A stretch of DNA of 17,308 nt from Thermotogota bacterium (GCA_039679545.1 JBDKUT010000020.1:1-17308), one strand, 5' to 3'. Counted from the stretch's first letter, positions 1 through 6,332 are shown. Notes: generated from the sequence alone by a model not told the origin. Translations and numbers: made by a program.

Positions 1-2
1 CC

Positions 3-341
3 CTCGAGACGTTCCAGAAGCTGGAGGGCCGTGCCCCGTTCGTCGTCGCGACGTCGGCCCGGCCGTCGCCGAAGAACCGCATCGGCTTTGACGAACTGCG
101 CTCGCGATTGAGAACCGATGCCCAACCGGTGTATATTCTGTTCGGCACGGGGTGGGGGATGGCGGATGAGTTGATCGACGCGTGTGATGCCATCCTTCCC
201 TCGATCATGCCGGACGCTGATTTCAATCATCTGTCCGTCCGCGCCGCGGCGGCGATCGTGCTCGATCGCATCGCGGGGGACGGTGTCCCTCCCGACGGAG
301 GGTGTCCCTCCAGACGGGGGACGCCCCTGAACGGGGAATGA
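3..341 (+). CDS. SPOUT-class RNA methyltransferase, TM1570/DUF2168 (Methyltrn_RNA_4) family; 5'-partial
   Basis: Frame is open from the window edge (LETFQKLEGRAPFVVATSAR...). Motifs ATSAR, ILFGTGWG and FNHLSVRAAAAIVLDR are typical of this family, which usually lies between trmD and rplS. Confidence 0.85.
   Translation, partial: LETFQKLEGRAPFVVATSARPSPKNRIGFDELRSRLRTDAQPVYILFGTGWGMADELIDACDAILPSIMPDADFNHLSVRAAAAIVLDRIAGDGVPPDGGCPSRRGTPLNGE
282..326 (+). repeat. 19-bp tandem duplication forming a GC-rich hairpin upstream of rplS
   Basis: 282-300 GGTGTCCCTCCCGACGGAG versus 301-319 GGTGTCCCTCCAGACGGGG (17/19 identical). 300-310 pairs with 316-326 (11 bp including G-U). Confidence 0.7.
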
Positions 342-361
342 GGAGACTCAAGGAGAACGCG

Positions 362-682
362 ATGGACGACATCCTGCGAGCCGTAGAGCAAGGACACCTG
401 AAGGAGCGGGACGCCTTCCGCCCAGGGGACATCATCCGGGTCCACGAGCGGATCTCGGAAGGGGCGAAGGAGCGAACCCAGGTCTTCGAGGGCCTCGTGC
501 TCAAGCGCAGCGGCGGCGGCACGAAGGAAATGATCACGGTGCGGAAGATCTCGTCCGGGATCGGCGTCGAGAAGACGTACCCGCTTCACTCCCCGAAGAT
601 CGAGAAGATCGAACTCGTGAAGGAGCGCGGCGCCCGCCAGAGCCGCCCCTACTACCTGCGCGACCTGCGGAAGATCCACTAG
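362..682 (+). CDS. rplS: 50S ribosomal protein L19 (bL19)
   Basis: FRPGDIIRVH, EGAKERTQVFEG, TVRKISSGIGVEKTYPLHSP and YYLRD motifs. AAGGAG SD at 350-355 precedes ATG 362, so the ORF-track start at 302 is too early. Confidence 0.97.
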   Translation: MDDILRAVEQGHLKERDAFRPGDIIRVHERISEGAKERTQVFEGLVLKRSGGGTKEMITVRKISSGIGVEKTYPLHSPKIEKIELVKERGARQSRPYYLRDLRKIH

Positions 683-705
683 GCCCGGACCGAGACCGGT
701 CGCCG

Positions 706-1404
706 ATGCCCCGCGGCGCGCGCCCGTCGATCCAAGACCGCTGTCGAGAGCTCTTGGCGTTCGACCGCGCCCTCGCGGTGCCCTCGCTCCCGCCCACTTC
801 GGACCGTTTCGCACCGCCGCGCCTCGTCGGGTTCGACGAGGCCGGACGCGGTGCGTGGGCCGGGCCCGTGGCCGTCGGCTGCGTCCACCTCCCGGTCTCT
901 TCTTCAGACGACGAACTCGTTGCGCTTCTCGCCGGCGTCGACGACTCGAAGCGCCTCACGCCCGCAACCCGCGAGCGGCTGTTCGCTCGGATCGCCGAGT
1001 GCGCGCAGTCCGCCGTCGGCTTCGCTTCGGCGGCCGAGATCGATCGGATCGGCATCGTCCCCGCGTGCCGACGCGCCGCCGCGCGGGCCTACAAGCGACT
1101 TGCGATCGACGCCGACGTCGTCCTCTGCGACCGAGGACTCTCCCTGGAGACTCCCGGGGCGCCGCCTTCCACGGAGTTCACCAGCGGCGACGCGCGCTCG
1201 CTCCACATCGCCGCCGCGTCGATCGTCGCCAAGGTCTCGCGCGACACGTGCATGGTTCACCTCGACCGGGTGTGGCCCGGCTACGGCCTCGCACAGCACA
1301 AGGGGTACGGCACGAAGGCCCATCGGGACGCGCTTCTCGATCGGGGCGCCTCCCGACTTCACCGCCGTACCTACCTTCGCGGGCTCCGTGAAGCGAATCT
1401 CTAG
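706..1404 (+). CDS. rnhB: Ribonuclease HII
   Basis: GFDEAGRG, DSKRL, IAAASIVAKVSRD, HKGYGT and HRRTY motifs; usual position after rplS. Exact start uncertain (no clear SD). Confidence 0.95.
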   Translation: MPRGARPSIQDRCRELLAFDRALAVPSLPPTSDRFAPPRLVGFDEAGRGAWAGPVAVGCVHLPVSSSDDELVALLAGVDDSKRLTPATRERLFARIAECAQSAVGFASAAEIDRIGIVPACRRAAARAYKRLAIDADVVLCDRGLSLETPGAPPSTEFTSGDARSLHIAAASIVAKVSRDTCMVHLDRVWPGYGLAQHKGYGTKAHRDALLDRGASRLHRRTYLRGLREANL

Positions 1405-1409
1405 TTCCG

Positions 1410-1438
1410 TTGACACTTTTCGCAGCGAACACTATACT
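1410..1438 (+). promoter_or_regulatory. sigma70-type promoter of the SLH protein gene
   Basis: TTGACA (1410-1415), 17-bp spacer, TATACT (1433-1438). An AGGAGG SD follows before GTG 1472. Confidence 0.8.
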
Positions 1439-1471
1439 GCTTGCCAATCGCGTAGCAGGAGGGGGTTCCAA

Positions 1472-2065
1472 GTGAAGCGAACGACGTTCATTCTGCTTGG
1501 GAGTGCATTGCTAGCCGTGCTGTGCGGGGCGTGCGCGCTCGCACAGACGGGGAACGGCCACGCGGAGCCGGTCAACACGGGTGGGCTCTTTACCGACGTA
1601 CCGAAGGACCACTGGGCATACGCCGACCTCGAGTACCTCGCCCAGCGGGGGATCATCACGGGACTTCCGGGCGGGAAGTTCAACGGCGACCAGCCGATGG
1701 ACCGCTACACCGTCGCCGTCTACATCGCCCGAGCAATGAAGTACATGCAGAACAACCCGGAGAGCGTCACGCCGGACGACCTGGCCGCGTTGAAGGACCT
1801 GATCTTCCAGATCTCCGATGACGTCGCCGCACTGGAGGCGAAGGTCCAAGGAGGGACCCCGACGGCTCCGTCGAACCTCGAGGCCCGCCTGCAGAGGGCG
1901 GAGCAGGACATTGCGCAGCTCAAGGCGCAGATCCAACCTACGGCCGGGGGAGCGACGACCAACATCGCGGCGCTCGAGAAGCGGGTCCAGGCGAACTTCA
2001 TCCTCTCGCTGACCGCTCTTCTCGTGGCGATCATTGCCGTGGCGCTCGCTACGATCGGCCTGTAG
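1472..2065 (+). CDS. SLH-domain / coiled-coil / C-terminal membrane-anchor protein (Omp-alpha/OmpA1-like envelope tether), 197 aa
   Basis: Signal peptide MKRTTFILLGSALLAVLCGACALA; single SLH domain FTDVPKDHWAY...GIITG...FNGDQPMDRY; heptad segments (VAALEAKVQ, IAQLKAQIQ, IAALEKRVQ); terminal hydrophobic helix FILSLTALLVAIIAVALATIGL. GTG start has both an SD and a promoter and is in frame with ORF 851..2065. Confidence 0.88.
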   Translation: MKRTTFILLGSALLAVLCGACALAQTGNGHAEPVNTGGLFTDVPKDHWAYADLEYLAQRGIITGLPGGKFNGDQPMDRYTVAVYIARAMKYMQNNPESVTPDDLAALKDLIFQISDDVAALEAKVQGGTPTAPSNLEARLQRAEQDIAQLKAQIQPTAGGATTNIAALEKRVQANFILSLTALLVAIIAVALATIGL

Positions 2066-2080
2066 GAGAAGGCAGCCCGG

Positions 2081-2276
2081 CGACCGTCACGCCGCAGGGG
2101 CGGCGGTCGGGAGGAGCGCCGCCGCAGAGCCTATGCCTGCGGTGGTGAAGAAAGAGTGAGTTGGCCCGTCTCGCCGCGGTGGCCATCCGCCGCGGCGGAC
2201 TCCTTGAAAGTAGCTTCCTATGAAGCTTCGACGACGTCGGTCGCCGACGTTCGTTCCGTGCGGCCGTCGACAAGGA
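2081..2276. other. Densely base-paired intergenic element (serial hairpins plus a three-way junction)
   Basis: Stems 2081-2088/2102-2109, 2117-2127/2137-2147, 2172-2179/2190-2197, 2201-2206/2271-2276, 2212-2217/2222-2227, 2228-2233/2265-2270 and 2234-2240/2244-2250. Confidence 0.45.
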
Positions 2277-2331
2277 TTGGGCGCAGGCGACGTAGCGGGA
2301 AGGCCGGCAGGCTCAGTGTAATGGCCATCAC

Positions 2332-2361
2332 TTGACATGGATGGCGAGCCTGGCCTATGAT
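2332..2361 (+). promoter_or_regulatory. sigma70-type promoter of the Cys-rich outer-membrane protein gene
   Basis: TTGACA (2332-2337), 18-bp spacer, TATGAT (2356-2361). Confidence 0.75.
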
Positions 2362-2371
2362 GCTCTCAACA

Positions 2372-2488
2372 TCTAGTGGAGAGGCGAAACCAGACCAGCG
2401 AGGAGGTGGTCGTCAGCCTTCAGTGAGTTCCCTAGAGAATCACGCTTCTTGTCACAAGCATCGTTTCGCGAAAGTTGCGTAAGGAGGT
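2372..2488 (+). promoter_or_regulatory. Structured long 5' UTR and strong ribosome-binding site
   Basis: Interrupted hairpin TCTAG 2372-2376/CTAGA 2432-2436, GAGGC 2381-2385/GCCTT 2416-2420, GACCA 2393-2397/TGGTC 2407-2411. SD TAAGGAGGT at 2480-2488. Confidence 0.55.
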
Positions 2489-2497
2489 TAGTCAGCA

Positions 2498-3877
2498 ATG
2501 AAGAAGGCTCTCGTACTTAGCCTGTTCGTAATGCTCGGAGTCGGTATCGCCTGCTCCGCGCAGCTTCAGGGCGAGTGGGACACGTGGTTGAAGCTGAACA
2601 TTCACCCCACGTTTGGCCTCGGCTCGTTCTATTCGTTCCTTGATGTTCAGTACCTCGTCGGTGGCTGGACGCTCGAGGCCGCTACGGTCATTAATGACGC
2701 GGGCCTGAGCAACCTGTGGTTCGAGGCGTATGGATCGCTCGGCGCCTTCAGCATGTGGTCGTTGGCGGCCTTCGATCCGGTCACCCCGGCGTTCACGACG
2801 TTTGAGAACGGCGCCGAGGTTTCCATCGCCGGCGTCGACCTCTACGCGTTGTTCGCCATCCAGAACTTCGTCCCCGGCTACGGCTCCGGGTTCGCGGTTG
2901 GTGGAATCGGCACGGCCGGCGACATCCGGATCGGCGCTGAAATCACCTGGAACCTGAGCCCCAACCTCTGGGGAATCTTCCTGTATGGCCTGAACGGCTG
3001 GGTCACCGACTGGACGTATCTGACCTGTTCAGCCGTCGGTTCCGACGATCTGTGGAACCCGGTCTGGAGTGTCGGCGGCCTGAGCGTGATTCAGAGCAAC
3101 TGCGCCGTTGTGTTCAGCTACATCACCGCCGTCGCGCAGTTCCCGATTTGCTGCGCTGACGTCTACGTGATGGCTCGGTTCAGCTGCACCGGTTTCGACT
3201 GCCTGGGCTTCCTGGCCAAGAACGTCGACATCGGCCTTGACTGGCTGAAGCTCTATCAGCTTGGTGTGACCTACACGCTGACCGACAAGGACATCGGCCT
3301 CTTCTTCCAGGTCGTCACCGGCGACGTCGTCTGCTTCAAGCCGTACTTCTCGGTCCAGTTCGACGAGGCCTCCGCGGCCATCCAGGGGATCACCCTGAAC
3401 GCGTTGACCCTGACCTGCACGGTCGGCGGCTGCGAGTTCTACTGGGGCCACATCTTCAACAACCTCATGAACAAGGTCTCCGGCTCGTACTGGGAGAGCG
3501 GCCCGTGCGGCACGACCCAGCCGGGCTTCGCCAACTTCTACTTCATCCCGCTCGGCCTCGGCCTGACGCGATACGGCTTGGGCGCGGCCGGCGACTGCTA
3601 CTGGTACGTCATGGCTAGCGGTACCAAGTACATGCCGAACGAAGTGTTCGGCGTGCAGTGCGATGAGGATAGCTGCTGCGGCGGCCTGTTCAGCTTCGGC
3701 GTGAACAACTTCTTCAACACCACCGACTCGGTCGCGACCGGGATCTTCGGCTGGATGGGCACCTACGCCGAGTTGACGGTCGGCGTCGGCTCGAACATCA
3801 GCCTCATCGGCGCCATGAACGTGACTGCGGCCAACGGCGTCGAGTACATCATCCTTGGAGTCAACGTCGCCTGGTAG
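2498..3877 (+). CDS. Putative major outer-membrane beta-barrel / surface protein, cysteine-rich (459 aa)
   Basis: Signal peptide MKKALVLSLFVMLGVGIACSA; Gly- and aromatic-rich alternating strands; C-terminal YIILGVNVAW resembling a Bam beta-signal; own near-consensus promoter, strong SD and terminator; 15 Cys counted by hand. Confidence 0.75.
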   Translation: MKKALVLSLFVMLGVGIACSAQLQGEWDTWLKLNIHPTFGLGSFYSFLDVQYLVGGWTLEAATVINDAGLSNLWFEAYGSLGAFSMWSLAAFDPVTPAFTTFENGAEVSIAGVDLYALFAIQNFVPGYGSGFAVGGIGTAGDIRIGAEITWNLSPNLWGIFLYGLNGWVTDWTYLTCSAVGSDDLWNPVWSVGGLSVIQSNCAVVFSYITAVAQFPICCADVYVMARFSCTGFDCLGFLAKNVDIGLDWLKLYQLGVTYTLTDKDIGLFFQVVTGDVVCFKPYFSVQFDEASAAIQGITLNALTLTCTVGGCEFYWGHIFNNLMNKVSGSYWESGPCGTTQPGFANFYFIPLGLGLTRYGLGAAGDCYWYVMASGTKYMPNEVFGVQCDEDSCCGGLFSFGVNNFFNTTDSVATGIFGWMGTYAELTVGVGSNISLIGAMNVTAANGVEYIILGVNVAW

Positions 3878-3915
3878 TATCGGCGAACTGAGACAACCAA
3901 GACGTAGGTAGTCAT

Positions 3916-3949
3916 GCGGCCTCGGCAGATGCCGAGGCCGCTCTTTTTC
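3916..3949 (+). terminator. Rho-independent terminator
   Basis: Perfect 11-bp stem GCGGCCTCGGC (3916-3926)/GCCGAGGCCGC (3931-3941), loop AGAT, tail TCTTTTTC. Confidence 0.88.
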
Positions 3950-4022
3950 GTGGGAATCAGAGGCGGGTCGCTCTTTTCGTGAGAATCAGAGGCAAGCCGC
4001 TTCTTTTCTGAGAACCGAAAGG
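3939..4022 (+). repeat. Three degenerate tandem direct repeats, period 29-30 bp
   Basis: CGCTCTTTTTCGTGGGAATCAGAGGC (3939-3964), CGCTCTTTTCGTGAGAATCAGAGGC (3969-3993), CGCTTCTTTTCTGAGAACCGAAAGG (3998-4022). Confidence 0.75.
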
Positions 4023-4421
4023 AGCCGGTCTTCCGCTAGCCCCGGGGAGTGACGGTGTTCTTCTCCCTTCTTTCCTGGCGGGCAGCGGGGCGGCTCTATT
4101 CTGGGAACAACGCAGGCCGTCTCTCTTCGGGCAAACGGGAAGGCGGACGCATCCTGCTGAAGTGCGCCGCCCGGCACGAGAACTGACACTGGGCGGCGGT
4201 CAATGCCTGCGGCGCGGCCGTCAGGCTCGATGCCCCGCGGGCCCGCCAGCCGCGCCCCGCTCTCCTCACCCTACGGGCCAACGCTTGGACGTTCGTACGG
4301 CGCAGGCTCTTGAGGGGGATCGGGCAAGCCCTCCGACCCAATGCCGGCCAGCGCAACGGGCGGCCCCCGCAGGCGACGCAGATGGCCTGGCAGATTGGCG
4401 CTCCAAGGCAGGGCGGTGGGG

Positions 4422-4506
4422 AAAAAAACACAGCGCACCACGACCGAAAGCGGCCCACGTCAGGATCAGCTCCCAACCACCGGGCCCGGATCGATCGGTC
4501 TTGGTG
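4422..4506 (-). terminator. Long hairpin plus U7 tract 3' of the PKD gene pair (atypical terminator or 3' structure)
   Basis: 4436-4447 pairs with 4495-4506 (11/12); inner GGCCC 4452-4456/GGGCC 4482-4486; A7 at 4422-4428 is a U-tract on the minus strand. The loop is unusually large and the U-tract is offset from the stem. Confidence 0.4.
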
Positions 4507-4530
4507 TGTGGTCGCGGAGTCGGATCGGAG

Positions 4531-5373
4531 CTAGTGGCAGCCGCAGCCCGGCGCCGTGGGGCGATCGATCGATGGCGTCACGTCAGATCCGACGGCTAAA
4601 GTCCACGTGGCGACGTTGCTTCGCCCGCCGTTGTCGATCACGGTCAACGTGAGCGTGTAGTTGCCGGACGCGGCGAACGTGTGAACCGCCCTTGTGTCGG
4701 AGAAGACGGCCGACGTACCGTCGCCGAAGTCCCATCGGTAGACGACGATGTATCCGTCAGGGTCCGCCGATCCCAGGGCGAGAAGTTCGCTCGGCTGATT
4801 CGGATTCGGTCGCGTAGACGGAGGGCGGATCCTCGCGGTCGGGGCGACGTTCGGCGGCAACGAGACGGTGCCGGCGTACGTCAGGTAGTTGGACGCGAAC
4901 GCGTTGCCGTTCATCGGAATGCGACCGAGGACGGTTTGAGGAAGCCCCGCCCCGGGAGCGGCCTCGACGGGCACCCACGCGACCGTCCCGGGGAGCAGGA
5001 TTCCTACGAGGAGCCACGTGCGGGCGTTCGAGGAGTTGTCCGCTCGGACGATCGTCACGGAGTAGCCGCGCTCGCCGAGCGCGCCGGCCGTATAGAGCGA
5101 GAATTCGCGCGATCCCCATCCACCGTAACCCAGCGCCTTCCCGGATCCCCAATTTGGCGCGCTGAGGACGGCCTCGAGGGCCGCCAGCCCCTTCGTGAGA
5201 GCCGCTCGAGCCTCGGAGGAGAACGACGGGTCACCCGGCTGTCGCACCTGCGGCGCCGTTTGTGCCGCCGCGACGGGCGAAGCGGCCAGAAGCGCCGCCA
5301 GCCCTACAAGGAGCGCTGTTCCAAGACGCGTCCGTCGTCGAGCGCCGTTCGTAGTTCGCGAATCCCTTCCCAC
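4531..5373 (-). CDS. Secreted transglutaminase-like + PKD domain protein with C-terminal CGCH (paralog 1)
   Basis: GTG start with AGGAGGT SD (5382-5388); signal peptide ending PVAAA; PKD signature SADPDG...YRWDFGDG...HTFAASGNYTLTLTVID; N-domain homologous to 5514..6326. Confidence 0.85.
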   Translation of the reverse strand: MGRDSRTTNGARRRTRLGTALLVGLAALLAASPVAAAQTAPQVRQPGDPSFSSEARAALTKGLAALEAVLSAPNWGSGKALGYGGWGSREFSLYTAGALGERGYSVTIVRADNSSNARTWLLVGILLPGTVAWVPVEAAPGAGLPQTVLGRIPMNGNAFASNYLTYAGTVSLPPNVAPTARIRPPSTRPNPNQPSELLALGSADPDGYIVVYRWDFGDGTSAVFSDTRAVHTFAASGNYTLTLTVIDNGGRSNVATWTLAVGSDVTPSIDRPTAPGCGCH

Positions 5374-5391
5374 GGTCTCTAACCTCCTCTA

Positions 5392-5413
5392 AGAGGGTCG
5401 GACTCGACCCTCT
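5392..5413 (-). promoter_or_regulatory. Perfect 9-bp hairpin immediately 5' of the SD of paralog 1
   Basis: AGAGGGTCG (5392-5400), 4-nt loop, CGACCCTCT (5405-5413). No U-tract, so more likely a stability or translation element than a terminator. Confidence 0.45.
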
Positions 5414-5513
5414 CGCTTGGTCTTGGACCGGGGCGGCCTCGCCCCGACCCTTGAGATCCATCCTCCCCAGCAAGAATCAGCTCCGGCCCACGAACTGGGT
5501 CGCGGCGGGCGGT

Positions 5514-6326
5514 TCACTTGTGGCACCCGCAATCGTTGACCGACACGATCTCGGCCGTCGCGCTGGCCATGGCTCCGCGCTGGTCGACGACTGTCAGAAC
5601 CACAGTGTACGTCCCGGTCGGCGCGAACCGGTGGCTCGCGTACTTGGACTCGGTCACTGTCGGCGGTTCCCCGTCGCCGAAGTCCCACACGTAGAGGATG
5701 ATCGATCCGTCCGGGTCGTGCGATCCATTGGCCGTGATCATCGTGTAGTCCGTCATCGAGACCCGCGTGTCCGGTGCAGAGATCCTCGCGACCGGCGCAC
5801 GGTTGGCGGGGATTTCGACCCGGTCCGTGAAGGAGACATACGACGAGGGGAACCAGATCACGCCGTCCGCCCCTACGTCCTCCGGAAGACGTCCGAGAAC
5901 GACCTGTTTCTCGCCCATCTCCGGCGACGCCTCGACCGGAATCCACGCGGTGCGCTCGCCGAGAGGGATCCCTGCGAGGACCCACGTGTGGACGCCGTCC
6001 GACCAACCCGCCGCGCTCACAAGCCGCACCTCGTACCCATCGCCGCCCAGGACCCCGGCGGTGTAGAGGGCGAACTGTTCGCTCGTCCACTTGCCCCACC
6101 CGCCAAGGCCGAACGTCTTCTGACACGCGAACGGCGACGAGGACAGCGTGACACGGAGCCCGTCGAGTGCGCCGCGGAGGAGAGCAACCTCATCCGCGCT
6201 GTACGCGCTTTCGTTGGGCTGAAGCACCTGAGGAAGGTCCGCCGCGCAGACGGCGCCCGCGACGAGTCCTACGAAGAACGCAACAACGCAGACGCATGCA
6301 CAAGCGCGAGTTCCACGGAGGTTCAT
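5514..6326 (-). CDS. Secreted transglutaminase-like + PKD domain protein with C-terminal CGCHK (paralog 2)
   Basis: Signal peptide ending AVCAA; PKD signature SHDPDG...YVWDFGDG...HRFAPTGTYTVVLTVVD; shares FxLYTAGxL, GYxV, TWxLxGI and AWxPVEA blocks with paralog 1. Confidence 0.85.
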   Translation of the reverse strand: MNLRGTRACACVCVVAFFVGLVAGAVCAADLPQVLQPNESAYSADEVALLRGALDGLRVTLSSSPFACQKTFGLGGWGKWTSEQFALYTAGVLGGDGYEVRLVSAAGWSDGVHTWVLAGIPLGERTAWIPVEASPEMGEKQVVLGRLPEDVGADGVIWFPSSYVSFTDRVEIPANRAPVARISAPDTRVSMTDYTMITANGSHDPDGSIILYVWDFGDGEPPTVTESKYASHRFAPTGTYTVVLTVVDQRGAMASATAEIVSVNDCGCHK

Positions 6327-6332
6327 GCCGCT

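Noticed and set aside
851..1471. N-terminal 207 codons of the 404-aa ORF 851..2065
   Set aside because: Overlaps rnhB out of frame and is low-complexity Ser/Arg/Pro. The promoter, SD and signal peptide all point to GTG 1472.
2201..2276. Hammerhead ribozyme (three-way junction containing GAAA)
   Set aside because: No CUGANGA core on either strand in the required position.
2543..2560. Lipoprotein lipobox in the 459-aa protein (GIAC)
   Set aside because: Gly at -3 fits poorly. Signal peptidase I cleavage after CSA and a C-terminal beta-signal are more consistent, although not proven.
3939..4022. CRISPR array
   Set aside because: Units are separated by only about 4 nt, are degenerate, have no unique spacers, and no cas genes are present.
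4129..4155. c-di-GMP-I riboswitch-like words (GGCAAAC...GACGC)
   Set aside because: No GNRA-capped P2 stem or GCAAA continuation, and no downstream gene on that strand to regulate.
4096..4652. ORFs 4096..4476 (-), 4162..4599 (+), 4310..4534 (+), 4341..4652 (+)
   Set aside because: Arg/Pro/Ala-rich translations with no motifs or SD, typical of spurious ORFs in GC-rich DNA.
5326..5345. Tat signal in paralog 1 (ARRRTRL)
   Set aside because: Lacks the RRxFL consensus; reads as an ordinary basic n-region.
5484..5516. Selenocysteine readthrough of the TGA after CGCHK (small CCCA-GTTCG-TGGG hairpin downstream)
   Set aside because: The paralog ends with TAG at the equivalent place, the readthrough peptide is featureless and out of frame with the next gene, and the hairpin is only 4 bp.
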